Below are positions 54,161-64,000 of a stretch of 64,000 nt of DNA, piece by piece. The DNA is taken from assembly GCA_963675745.2 (NCBI GenBank), contig CAXXWX010000016.1, positions 64,001-128,000 on the forward strand, given 5' to 3'. Source of the DNA: Phycisphaerae bacterium (lineage in GTDB: Bacteria > Planctomycetota > Phycisphaerae > UBA1845 > Fen-1342). The notes below the pieces were generated by a model that worked only from the letters and a program-made list of their open reading frames with translations, had not been told where the DNA came from and did not search any database. The first letter of the stretch is position 1; each line of letters begins with the position of its first letter. Position numbers and translations under genes: made by a program.

Positions 54161-54474
54161 CTGGAATGAGGTGGTTCGTGCTGTCGGTCCGGAATGACCC
54201 AGGCAACCATCAGGATGATCGAGGCGTCGTTGGGAGCCACGGGAGCGCGTCCACGTAGCCCCATGCTCGCGCAGGACCCGCATAAACCTGTCGGGCGGTG
54301 ACGACCGACTCGGGGTGAGCCGCTACGGTTGCATATGAACACACCCGGTCAATAGCCGATCAACTGGGGCTCAAATCACCCGGCATATCATGACGATATA
54401 GGGTAGTATTCCGCGCGAATGCCGCGGTCGGGTTGCGCGGCGAGTTTTTTACTTGATCAAAAGGGAGATGCCTG

Positions 54475-56607
54475 ATGGATCAGGCCCACAACACCATTGC
54501 TTCCTCGGAGATTTTCGGCTCATTGACCTTCAGCGGGGCGATGCTGCAATCGCGACTGCCGGATGACGTCCGGCGTAAGCTCGAAGAAACCATGGCGCGC
54601 GGCGTGCCCCTCGATCCGGCGATCGCCGACACGGTGGCCACCGCCATGAAACAGTGGGCGTTGGAGCACGGCGCCACGCATTACACACACTGGTTTCAGC
54701 CGCTGACCGGCCTGACCGCCGAGAAACATGACGCCTTTCTCAAGCCGGACCAGCGCGGCGGCGTGATCGAGGCCTTCACCAGCGATGAGCTGATCCAGGG
54801 CGAGCCCGACGCCAGCTCGTTCCCGTCCGGCGGCATCCGCGAGACGTTCGAAGCCCGCGGCTACACGGCGTGGGACGCGACCAGCCCGGCGTTTATCCGC
54901 AAAACACCCACGACCGCCACCCTCTGCATTCCGACGGCGTTCGTGTCCTGGACCGGTGAGGCGCTCGACAAGAAAGTACCGCTCCTGCGGTCGATGCAGG
55001 CCGTCAGCGAGCAAGCCCTGCGCATCTTGCGGATTTTCGGAAACGACGAGGGCGTAGCGCGCGTAATCACGACGCTCGGCTGTGAGCAGGAGTATTTCCT
55101 CGTTGACGAGGAGTTCTGCCGCGAGCGGATCGACCTGCAAATCTGCGGGCGGACACTGCTGGGGGCCGCACCGCCCAAGGGACACCAACTCGACGATCAC
55201 TACTTCGGCGGCATCCCGGAGCGGGTGCTGGCATTCATGGCCGAGGCCGAACAGCGGCTGTATGAGCTGGGTGTACCGGTCAAAACGCGGCATAACGAGG
55301 TCGCCCCGGGTCAGTACGAGATCGCGCCGATCTTCGAGAATGCCAACGTCGCCACCGACCACCAGATGCTGACGATGGAAGTGCTGAAACAGGTGGCGCT
55401 ACGGCACGGTCTTGTCTGTTTGATGCACGAAAAGCCCTTCGCGGGCGTCAACGGCTCGGGCAAGCACAACAACTGGTCGATTTCGACCGACACCGGTGTG
55501 AACCTGCTCGACCCGCGCGACGAGGCCTATCCGAACAGCCAGTTTCTGGTGTTCCTGGTGGCCGTGATCCGCGCGGTCGATCTGCACGCGGACTTGCTGC
55601 GCGCTTCGATCGCCAGTGCCGCCAACGACCATCGCCTGGGTGCGAATGAAGCGCCGCCGGCGATCATATCCGTCTTTCTCGGCGAAACACTGAGCGCGAT
55701 TCTCGACCAGCTTGCCAAGGGACAAGCCGCCACCGCCCGCAAGGCCGGCAAGCTCAACCTGGGAGCGCACACGCTGCCGCAGATTCCACGTCACGGCGGC
55801 GACCGCAACCGCACCAGCCCGTTCGCGTTTACCGGCAACAAGTTCGAGTTCCGCGCGGTCGGCTCCAGCCAATCGATCGCGTGGCCCAATACCGTGCTCA
55901 ACACGATCATCGCCGACTCGCTGGCATACATGGCGGATGAACTCGAAGGCCGGGCCGGACTTAATCCAAAACCGCTCAAGCTCGACGCCGCCGTCCGGGC
56001 GTTGCTGCGGGGGGAAATCAAGGCCCACCGGCGCGTGGTATTCGACGGGGACAACTACTCGGCGGCTTGGCATGCCGAGGCGGAGAAGCGCGGGCTGCCA
56101 CACTTGCGCAACGCCGCCGAAGCGCTCCCGCGCTTCAACACCCGCGCCGCGCGCCAGCTCTTCGCGCGGCACAAGGTACTCAATGGCCGCGAACTGAAAG
56201 CACGGCACGACGTGTTGTGCGAGCAGTACGTAACCGTCCGCGAGATCGAGGCACGCACGCTGATCCGAATGCTGAGAACACATGTGATGCCCGCGGCGCT
56301 GCGCTACCAGAGCGAACTGGCCGGCGCGGCGGCGACGGCCCAGGCCGCCGGCGTTACCGCCGCCAGCGCCGACCGGCAGCTCGCGCAAATCGTGGGTTTG
56401 ATCGAGACTCTCGATGGGGCTGTCGAAGAGCTCGAACGCGTGACACGTGGCGAGGCGATGGGCAGCGAGAAGCGCGCCATGCAGGTCGCGGAGAGACTGC
56501 TGCCGGCTATGGATCGCGCGCGAGAGGCTGCCGACACGCTGGAGATGCTCCTGCCGGAAGATCTCTGGCCATTGCCGAGCTATGCGGAGATGCTGTTCGT
56601 GCGCTAA
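54475..56607 (+). CDS. glnA: Glutamine synthetase type III
   Basis: [62 protein letters not shown]. Confidence 0.96.
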   Translation: MDQAHNTIASSEIFGSLTFSGAMLQSRLPDDVRRKLEETMARGVPLDPAIADTVATAMKQWALEHGATHYTHWFQPLTGLTAEKHDAFLKPDQRGGVIEAFTSDELIQGEPDASSFPSGGIRETFEARGYTAWDATSPAFIRKTPTTATLCIPTAFVSWTGEALDKKVPLLRSMQAVSEQALRILRIFGNDEGVARVITTLGCEQEYFLVDEEFCRERIDLQICGRTLLGAAPPKGHQLDDHYFGGIPERVLAFMAEAEQRLYELGVPVKTRHNEVAPGQYEIAPIFENANVATDHQMLTMEVLKQVALRHGLVCLMHEKPFAGVNGSGKHNNWSISTDTGVNLLDPRDEAYPNSQFLVFLVAVIRAVDLHADLLRASIASAANDHRLGANEAPPAIISVFLGETLSAILDQLAKGQAATARKAGKLNLGAHTLPQIPRHGGDRNRTSPFAFTGNKFEFRAVGSSQSIAWPNTVLNTIIADSLAYMADELEGRAGLNPKPLKLDAAVRALLRGEIKAHRRVVFDGDNYSAAWHAEAEKRGLPHLRNAAEALPRFNTRAARQLFARHKVLNGRELKARHDVLCEQYVTVREIEARTLIRMLRTHVMPAALRYQSELAGAAATAQAAGVTAASADRQLAQIVGLIETLDGAVEELERVTRGEAMGSEKRAMQVAERLLPAMDRAREAADTLEMLLPEDLWPLPSYAEMLFVR

Positions 56608-56775
56608 GCCGCGGCAAGCGATCGCGGCTTGGCGTCAAGTGGCAACGTCCGGAAAGCGCGGCGGCCACACCCAATCCCGGCGTATTCACGGCCTGGGCTT
56701 GACCTGCGTGCGATCGCGGTCCTAGAAACTGCTACGGGGAACGTGCGTCTCGAAGCAGCTTCCAGGAGACATCAC

Positions 56776-57945
56776 ATGTTGGGACGGACCACTTCAGCAT
56801 CACTCGCTCTCGTTCTCGCGCTTTGCTGCACACTGGCGGCGGTCGCCGATGCCCCCCGCAACGTGATCATCTGCATCGGCGACGGAATGGGCTTTGAGCA
56901 GGTCAAGGCCGCCGGAATGTACGAAAACGGCGCGCCCGGCACGCTGCCCTTTGAGTCGCTGCCCTACACGGCCGAGTGTATGACCTATTCGGCGAATTCG
57001 TCCGTGACGGATTCCGCCGCCTCCGGGACGGCCATCGCGACCGGCCACAAGGTCAACAACGGCGTGGTCAGCCGTGCGTTTCCCGGTAACGGCGCCGAGT
57101 TGACGACACTGCTTGAGCACGCCCAGGGCCTCGGCAAACGCACCGGCCTGGTCACCACGACCTACATGACACACGCGACCCCCGCCACCTTCGCCGCCCA
57201 TGAAAGCAGCCGCAACAACCTCACTCAAATCGCGGGCGATTACCTCAACCAGACGCGTCCCAACGTGCTCCTGGGCGGCGGTGCCCACGGCATGTCACCC
57301 GCCGCCTCGGCTGCCGCCGGCTACACCGCCGTTACTAACCGCAGCGGCCTGCTGGCGCTCGACACGAATGCCGAGACGATGGTGTCGGGGCTGTTCGGCA
57401 GCTCGCACCTGCCGTACGAGTATGACTACGCCACGGGCTCAGATCACGGCTACGACACGTTGCCGCACCTGTCGGAAATGACCTCGGTCGCGCTCGACAT
57501 TCTCGACAACGACGCCGACGGCTTCTTCCTGATGGTCGAAGGCGGGCGCATCGACCACGCCGGCCACGACAACAACATCCAGCGCAACATCTACGAGACG
57601 ATCGAGTTTTCCAACACGGTCGCCGACCTCCTCGCCTGGGCCCAGGGCCGCGACGACACGCTCGTGATCGTCACCGCCGACCACGAGACCGGCGGCCTCA
57701 GCGTGCTCCAGAATAACGGCCAGGGAAACTTCCCCAGCGTGCACTGGTCTTCGACCAATCACACCGCCGCCAATGTCCCGGTCTACGCCTGGGGCGCCAA
57801 CGCCGACCTCGTCTCCGGCGTAATGGACAACACCGACTTCTTCGAGGTGGTCACCACCCCCGAGCCGAGCACCGCACTGGCGATGCTGGTCTGCGCGCTG
57901 ATATGCGGCGGCGCACGCCGCTCGTGTCGCGGCATACGCACATGA
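56776..57945 (+). CDS. Alkaline phosphatase (PhoA-type) with PEP-CTERM tail
   Basis: IGDGMG, TDSAA, VEGGRIDHAGH, TADHETGG; C-terminal TPEPST-hydrophobic-RR. Confidence 0.92.
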   Translation: MLGRTTSASLALVLALCCTLAAVADAPRNVIICIGDGMGFEQVKAAGMYENGAPGTLPFESLPYTAECMTYSANSSVTDSAASGTAIATGHKVNNGVVSRAFPGNGAELTTLLEHAQGLGKRTGLVTTTYMTHATPATFAAHESSRNNLTQIAGDYLNQTRPNVLLGGGAHGMSPAASAAAGYTAVTNRSGLLALDTNAETMVSGLFGSSHLPYEYDYATGSDHGYDTLPHLSEMTSVALDILDNDADGFFLMVEGGRIDHAGHDNNIQRNIYETIEFSNTVADLLAWAQGRDDTLVIVTADHETGGLSVLQNNGQGNFPSVHWSSTNHTAANVPVYAWGANADLVSGVMDNTDFFEVVTTPEPSTALAMLVCALICGGARRSCRGIRT

Positions 57946-58231
57946 GGCGCGCGATCCCGCGCGGCGTCGAAATCGCAGTCGTTGTCACACCGATGTAAGT
58001 ACGAATTTGAAAGTACCACGATCCGGTTCGACGAAGCGCCCCGTTGTCTGCTTCTGATTCAGAGCGGACAGCGCTCCGGCGATTGCGACGTAATGTGCCC
58101 GCAGAACTCCTGACCCCATCCCATTGACATCGCAGCACTGCGTGCGTGGTCTATGTTCACTCGTCCTTGTTGGACTGAACCTGCGCCGTTCACCGCAGGT
58201 TCGGCGGAATGACAGGACCGTTCTGGGCGTC

Positions 58232-60622
58232 TTACTCACCTGTGAAGTACGCCTGCAAGACGGTGAAGTCTGCGAGGTCGACGTCCAGATCGCCGTCGCC
58301 ATCTTCGCTTGCGCACAGATGACCCGGAACATACGTCGTATCCGGTCCCTGGAAGCAGAATACGAAGATGAAGAAGTCACTGATGTCCACGTCGCCATCG
58401 TCGTCGTAATCGAAGTCAACGCACAACACATCGAAGTTGTCGACATATGTGCCGTGCACATTGTCGTCATTGGCGAAGTACTCGTGGTGCCCAATGCCGA
58501 ATCGTCCTGACACATGCGTTGTGTCGATCACGTCGGCTACCACGGCTCCGTCAACGAGGAAGCGGATCGTTGTGCCACTGCACTCAATGCGGAGCGCTCG
58601 CCACGCCGTACTCGGCTCATACAGCGGGCTCGCCTCCAGGAAGTCGGTGAAGACGCCCGTGACAACCACGCCGGCGCGGATCCGGCCCGTATCAGTGTCG
58701 TAGGTCAAGGCGTAGCAATTGCCGCCGCCAAGATCGCCGGCGTCGAAATTGGCGTTGCCATCGTCGCGCGTGAAGAGACCCACACGCTCAAAACCATCGC
58801 TCGCTACCTCGGGCCGATACTCGCAGTAGATCAACGCCTCTACCGAGCAATCCGCATCACCGCTCGCACCGACCGATGATGTCTCGAGATCGCCGAATTC
58901 GTCGACGACTTCCATTACGTACCCATCGCCACCGGGGGCGGCTGGCGTGAACGGCACGACCGGGTTGAAGCCGAACTTGTCGTCCCAGGCCAATGAACGG
59001 CCGCCGGCTGGAAACGTATCATTCAGTGCAATGTTGGTGGTCGCGTCGCGCCGCGCAAGAAACAGCGCGTTGGGTAAAGCACGTTCTGATCCCGTGCAGG
59101 GTGTCGTGGCGCCGTCCGATGGGCAGTTGACAACGGCCCCGTTGATTACCATGGTCGTTGACCCGCCGCCATCGAGATTGATCGCGTTGTCCACCTGGAG
59201 CGAGTTGATCAGGAAGTCCTGCATTTCAGCCACACTTACGCCGACGCTATAGCCCGGTTGCCGACCGTCGAACGTGACAAACCAGTGCCGCGTACCACTC
59301 CAGGCGAGCACTGTGCGCGGGTGTCGCTCGGGACCACCTCCGTGGAAAGGCACGCCGTCTTTCACCATCCAGGCGTTGCCGGTGCAGAGCGTTTTCATGT
59401 TCACAAGCTCAGGCGGTGACATCTCAAACCGCACGGACACGAGGTCTCCCACGACGGCGTGGCTAAGCAGTTCCGCTTCGGCGCCCGCGCAGGCCGCCAG
59501 CACATACCCGTCAGCGGGGATTGGGTTGTCGAGCGATGCCACTCCGGTTCGGATAGCGGTGATGATGCCGACCAATCGCTTGTTTGGTCGCAACGGGACG
59601 TTGACGTTCTCGACGATGATCTCGACGCCCTCGCTGGTGGACTTGGTGGAAGCTCCCCAATCCCTGGTGTACAGGTTGATGGAGCCGGCAGCGCAAGGGT
59701 AGTCCAGGATGTCAATCTGCACCTCCGCCTCGTCGGCGAAGCGCGCCACCATGTTCGCGCTAGCAAGATCGGAGCCTGCCCACCCGCTGGCGGATTTTTG
59801 GAGCATGTACGTCTGTTGATCCCACCACGTGTCATCGCGCGAGCTGATCAGATTCCCCCCGGTGCCGAGCATGCCGAGAATGCTCAAACCGGGTTCTGAG
59901 TAAGAGGCGTTTATCGCCCCCACCACATCGTACGCCGCACCATCGTAGTGCCCGGCGATCTGACTGACCGTCTCATTTGCCGTGTAGTTGCGCTTGCCCT
60001 GTGAGAACCCCATCTCGATCGTGTACGCCGGGTCGGCCAGGTCGAATTCGAGCACATGGTTCACCTGGGGGGTGGTCAGTTCCCACTTCGAGTGCCAGAC
60101 CCCCGGGGCGACCTCCACCGGCTCCGGAGGTTCCGGAGGCTCGCCGCCGCCGTCGCCAAAGCGCACCGCGTCGGCGACAGCCGCGCTACCACCAGAGCTT
60201 CCGCCCGCGTCGAGCGTGATCGTGTTATCTCCGGCGTTGAAAGTGAATGTGCCGAGGGAGTCCCACGTATAGCCTCCACCGGTCTGATCTATGTAGACGG
60301 TGTGGACCTGGTCGGCGGCGGCAATGTCGTACTTGGTTGATGTCGGGCGATTGGTTCCCGGTGTGTACCAGACGAAGACCTCGTATTCGCCGGCGGTGGG
60401 TAGATTACCAGTCCACGTGGCGGTCTTTGTCCCACCCGGCGACGTCCAGCGATAGGTCCCACCGTCATAGCCGGTGCCGCCGCTCGTGACCCAAGTGCCG
60501 GTCTCGGTGTACGCGGGGGCCCCGTCATCATTGTCCACAATGACCGCGGCGAGCGCGTTGTGGGAAGTAACCAGGACCGCCAGACCGAGAGCTCGCGCAA
60601 GGAGCGACCGATATGCCGCCAT
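58232..60622 (-). CDS. Secreted golvesin-like + phosphodiester glycosidase (NAGPA-like) + lectin-like domain + EF-hand/dockerin-like tail
   Basis: IVDNDDG...VADAVRF; HPRT, DGRQPGYSVG, NLDGGGST; DYDDDGDVDISDF..FCFQGP; SD aggag before ATG 60622. Confidence 0.82.
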   Translation of the reverse strand: MAAYRSLLARALGLAVLVTSHNALAAVIVDNDDGAPAYTETGTWVTSGGTGYDGGTYRWTSPGGTKTATWTGNLPTAGEYEVFVWYTPGTNRPTSTKYDIAAADQVHTVYIDQTGGGYTWDSLGTFTFNAGDNTITLDAGGSSGGSAAVADAVRFGDGGGEPPEPPEPVEVAPGVWHSKWELTTPQVNHVLEFDLADPAYTIEMGFSQGKRNYTANETVSQIAGHYDGAAYDVVGAINASYSEPGLSILGMLGTGGNLISSRDDTWWDQQTYMLQKSASGWAGSDLASANMVARFADEAEVQIDILDYPCAAGSINLYTRDWGASTKSTSEGVEIIVENVNVPLRPNKRLVGIITAIRTGVASLDNPIPADGYVLAACAGAEAELLSHAVVGDLVSVRFEMSPPELVNMKTLCTGNAWMVKDGVPFHGGGPERHPRTVLAWSGTRHWFVTFDGRQPGYSVGVSVAEMQDFLINSLQVDNAINLDGGGSTTMVINGAVVNCPSDGATTPCTGSERALPNALFLARRDATTNIALNDTFPAGGRSLAWDDKFGFNPVVPFTPAAPGGDGYVMEVVDEFGDLETSSVGASGDADCSVEALIYCEYRPEVASDGFERVGLFTRDDGNANFDAGDLGGGNCYALTYDTDTGRIRAGVVVTGVFTDFLEASPLYEPSTAWRALRIECSGTTIRFLVDGAVVADVIDTTHVSGRFGIGHHEYFANDDNVHGTYVDNFDVLCVDFDYDDDGDVDISDFFIFVFCFQGPDTTYVPGHLCASEDGDGDLDVDLADFTVLQAYFTGE

Positions 60623-60827
60623 GCTTTCTCCTCCTAAGTGGCAAAGCAGAGCACAACGGACCCATCGTGCGGCGGCAAACAACCTAACCCTAATGCCAGC
60701 ATAGCAGAACCGCGCTAAGATACCAAACCTCCCCCGGATCGATTTGGTTCAGCGATTGAAGCGCATGCAAACGTCCGCGAAGCGCGCAAGTCCGCTGCCA
60801 ATCCCACAACACAGATTGGATGGTGCT

Positions 60828-62596
60828 CTATGGTTGTGATGCCAGAATGGCGCGCAGGATTGGCTCGTATGCGGTTGCCATCCGATGGAAGCCCAGATCG
60901 GTTGGATGCACGCCGTCGACTGTGCCGTTTTCCGTGCCGGCGAGTTGCGGTTCGCCCGGCAGGTAGTACAACCGGCCGACGCCTTCTTCGGTCAGCTTCA
61001 CAAACGCTGCGCGCAGGGCTGCGTATTGCCGGGATTGTCGGAGGGATTGAGGGGACTCTCGACGAGCAGGATCGGCGTTGCCGGCCGCGCCTCGCGGAGT
61101 ATTTTCACAAACGGCTGCACGCGCTCGCGCACCATGTCCGTGGTCATGTTCGGCAGACACTCCAGCACAAAAACCGCCGCGTCCAGTTCGCCGAGCAGGC
61201 GGGCGAGTTCCGGCTCCATTTTCCCCGCGCCGGAGAATCCGAGGTTCAACACCTCACGATCGAACCAGCGTCCGAGGATGGCCGGATGGCACATTCCGGT
61301 GCGCGACGCGCAACCGCCCTGCGTAATCGACGTGCCATAGAAAACGAGCGGCTTGGCGCGATCGGCCGGCCGGGGCCGGGGCGCGACCATCCGGGCTTCG
61401 CTCTCAATGCCGATCCGCAGTTCGCTCACGCCGCAGTAGAGCGGCAGGTACAGCAGGTACTCGCTGAGCTTGCCGGGCAGGTTGGTGGCGAGATTAGCGG
61501 TTGTTCGTTGCAGCTTCGGGCGACCGACGCCACAGAACACCCAGCGGTCACCGCGTCTGGCGTAAAGATCGAGCCCGCTGTTGCCGGTGGCGGCCATGTG
61601 GTTCATGGCGCCGCCACCATCCCAGATCGCCGCGATCTTCTTGGAATCGGTCGAGAAACGCACCGCCAGCCCGGCGGCGCGCTTGCTGAGTGTCCAGACC
61701 GCCTCGGGGACTTGTGATTCGGCGCGCGCGGGCAGGCGCTCGTAAAAGTTCTCCGTATCGTCCCACCCCTTGCCTTCGACAACCAGGCGCTTGGCGTCGT
61801 ACCAGAGCAAGTCGGAATCCGGCTCTCGTGACGCCGTCGCCGGGTCCAGCACGCCGTCATCGGCCGCCATCAGGCGCACGAGGGCGTCGTCGAGCATGCG
61901 GGCCCACACCTCGTATCCCGGCTTGGTCAGGTGCAGCCCGTCGCGTGCGTACTCCGCGCGCAGCAAACCCTCAGCGTCGGCGAAACTCGGGTACATCTCC
62001 AGAAACGTGCAGCCGCAGTCGCTGGCGATCTCCTTCAACCGGGCGTCGAGCTTCACGATCAGCGGAACCAGATCGGCGTATTTGTCGCGCGTCGGAAACA
62101 GGCCAACAACAATCAGTGGAACGTCGGGCAGTCGGCCACGAATCCGCTGGACGACCTCTCGATAGCAATCGGCGATCTCGTCCACCGTTGGCGTTCCGTG
62201 ACGCCAGAGTTCGCCCAGGTCGTTCACGCCGTTCTGGAGCACGACGACGCTCGGCGCGCAATTGAATACGGAGCTGTCCAGGCGGTGCAGGATGCCGCGC
62301 TCGTCAATCCCGATGCGATCGGAGGATATGCCGCGATTGATCACGCGCCAGCGCGGCAGCAACCGGTCGGCGTCAAGACCTTCGACGTGCGATGAACCCA
62401 CGATCACGACATTGTGTCGCGGCGTATTCTCACGCTGGAACTGGGCGACGCGGTTGTAGTAGTGCTGCGCCCATTTATCCGTTGACGCCGGCTTGGCGGC
62501 GTCAATGGTGTCCTGTGCGGTGGCAAATGCGCTGAAAGCGGCCATCGCGAGCACCAGCATGGCCCGCGCGGCGCTGATTCGATGGGTGCTTTTCAT
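60828..62596 (-). pseudogene. Double SGNH/GDSL hydrolase with a frameshift near 61023 (real or assembly error)
   Basis: Domain 1 GSS/GISSD/GVND/DGLH; domain 2 YGTSITQG. The catalytic DGVHP of domain 2 is in a different frame (ORF 60828-61160). Confidence 0.75.
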
Positions 62597-62650
62597 GCTG
62601 CAAGTGTCCTCAGGTGCATCGCGCCGCCGCCGGGCTTTTGCCGCAGACGG

Positions 62651-63115
62651 CTATGCGGCGGTAAACGTGACGTCGATCTCGACCGTGGCGCCGAGCGGGA
62701 GCTCGGCCACACCGACCGCGGCCCGCGCGTGCTTACCGGCCTCGCCGAAGATTTCCGCCAGCAGATCACTGGCGCCGTTGGCGGCCTTGTGCTGGTCGGT
62801 GAACCCGTCAGCCGAGGCCACGTATACCACCACTTTCAGCACACGCGTCAGCGCATCGATACCACCGGCGGCCTCAGCGGCGACCGCCAGGGAGTTAAGG
62901 GCGCATTGCCGCGCGGCCGCTTGCGCGTCTTCAAGCGTGCGGGCGTCCCCGGCCTTGCCCGTGTACACCAGCTTGCCGTCCCGCATGGGCAACTGCCCAC
63001 TGAGGATCAGTGTGTCCCCGTGCCGCAGCGCCGGCACGTACGCGCCCACCGGTTTGGCCACCGGCGGTAGACTCAGGCCCAATTCACTAAGGCGTTGGCT
63101 TGGCTTGCTCATCAT
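62651..63115 (-). CDS. RidA/YjgF-family protein
   Basis: PVGAYVP, SGQLP, ANGASDLL..FG..GKHARAAVGV.ELPLGATVEI. Confidence 0.92.
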   Translation of the reverse strand: MMSKPSQRLSELGLSLPPVAKPVGAYVPALRHGDTLILSGQLPMRDGKLVYTGKAGDARTLEDAQAAARQCALNSLAVAAEAAGGIDALTRVLKVVVYVASADGFTDQHKAANGASDLLAEIFGEAGKHARAAVGVAELPLGATVEIDVTFTAA

Positions 63116-63941
63116 CCAGCTCCGTATTCTGTTGAGCCGCGGCGCGCGCGGCCGACTCATCCTCGGACACAATGCGCGGCAAACGCGGCTCATCGTCAGG
63201 TAGCGCCCGATCTTCCAGCTCGGCGTCAAAAAGCAGCGTCAGGTAGATCGCCGCGAAGTTCCGCGGCTGCTCGGCGCGTACGCGGCTGTTGCGGATCAGC
63301 TCGAGCAACGCCAGAAACAGGCCAACCACCTCGGCGCGGGTGCGCCGTCCATCAAATACCTGTTCAAATGTGCGCGGCCCGTCAGCGCGCAACATCGCCA
63401 CGATCTCCTCGGCATAGACCTCGATCGGCGTGTCATCGAACGAGACCTCGTGCCGCGCCGGCCCCTTTCCGATCGCCGTCATCACCTTGCCGAAAACGCT
63501 GACAAGATCCCAGAGCTGCACGTCCTCCAGCTCGACGCCGGCAAGTTCCTTGGGCAGATCAGCCGGCGCGCGGACAAACCGTTTGGCCCGGTCGTCGGCG
63601 GACGTGCCCAGCTTGGCGGCGGCGTCCTTGAAGCGCTTGTACTCCAGCAGCTCGCGCACCAGCGTCGCGCGCGGATCATCCTCGTCATCCAGCGCCTCGA
63701 TCGGTGGCGTCGGCAGCAGTGCGCGCGATTTGAGCTCGAGCAGCGTGCTCGCGAGCACCAGAAATTCGCTGGCGGCGTTCGGATCGAGCAACTCCAGCAG
63801 CTTCGCATACGCCAGGTATTGATCGGTAACGCGCGCGATCGTGATGTCCTGAATGTCCAGCTCGTCACGCCGGATCAGGTAAAGCAGCAGATCGAGCGGG
63901 CCGCTGAAGACATCCAGGTTTACGCGGTAGTCCGGAGTCAC
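63087..63941 (-). CDS. scpA: Segregation and condensation protein A (SMC kleisin)
   Basis: FSGPLDLLLYLI, EFLVLASTLLELKSRALLP, FLALLEL. Confidence 0.95.
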   Translation of the reverse strand: MTPDYRVNLDVFSGPLDLLLYLIRRDELDIQDITIARVTDQYLAYAKLLELLDPNAASEFLVLASTLLELKSRALLPTPPIEALDDEDDPRATLVRELLEYKRFKDAAAKLGTSADDRAKRFVRAPADLPKELAGVELEDVQLWDLVSVFGKVMTAIGKGPARHEVSFDDTPIEVYAEEIVAMLRADGPRTFEQVFDGRRTRAEVVGLFLALLELIRNSRVRAEQPRNFAAIYLTLLFDAELEDRALPDDEPRLPRIVSEDESAARAAAQQNTELDDEQAKPTP

Positions 63942-63947
63942 GATTGA

Positions 63948-64000
63948 TCAATCCCCTGCCGTGACGATGCCACAGGCGGCGCGAACATCCGCCATCAGAT
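63948..64000 (-). CDS. 3' end of an upstream gene, possibly tryptophanyl-tRNA synthetase
   Basis: Reads LMADVRAACGIVTAGD*, resembling TrpRS C-termini; too short to be sure. Confidence 0.35.
   Translation of the reverse strand, partial: LMADVRAACGIVTAGD

Noticed and set aside
54161..54474. Glutamine riboswitch or nitrogen operator upstream of GSIII (atatc-atgac-gatat)
   Set aside because: Only a 5-bp inverted repeat, with no match to a motif I can support.
57946..58231. Small RNA or gene remnant between convergent genes (hairpin gaacctgcg...cgcaggttc)
   Set aside because: A single hairpin is compatible with a terminator, and the nearby TTGACA lacks a properly spaced -10.
58124..58510. 128-aa Val/Ile-rich plus-strand ORF
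   Set aside because: It is the antisense reading of the Asp-rich EF-hand tail of 58232-60622.

Overview
High-GC bacterial chromosomal window. Its gene content (dockerin-like and EF-hand-like C-termini, PEP-CTERM-like tails, a CPxCGY zinc-ribbon membrane protein, GSIII) suggests a planctomycete such as Phycisphaerae, which is an inference. 1-8.2 kb: envelope-modification cluster of four GT-C-type membrane glycosyltransferases and an acyltransferase-3/SGNH fusion whose SGNH nucleophile is replaced by Ala. 8.4-33.9 kb: large secreted proteins, seven carrying the same Cys-containing dockerin-like C-terminal tag (GH38-like enzyme, four mosaic Asp-box/sialidase-like paralogs, ankyrin-M14 carboxypeptidase, 1.4-kaa Cys-rich GEVED protein). 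34-64 kb: mostly housekeeping genes (RdgC-like, HtrA plus a catalytically degenerate partner, MalK-type ATPase, nusA, ABC-F, STAS, GT4, nth, MNT-HEPN TA, GSIII, alkaline phosphatase, RidA, scpA). Main oddities: an intact orphan phage terminase large subunit with no other phage gene nearby; a candidate uORF/anti-SD attenuator in front of the ABC-F gene; a covarying GTAA palindromic repeat family; palindromic repeats translated in frame inside two genes; a phased DnaA-box-like array; and a frameshifted double-SGNH gene. No rRNA, tRNA, CRISPR array, integrase or transposase was recognised. Family calls rest on motif recognition only; no database search was run.
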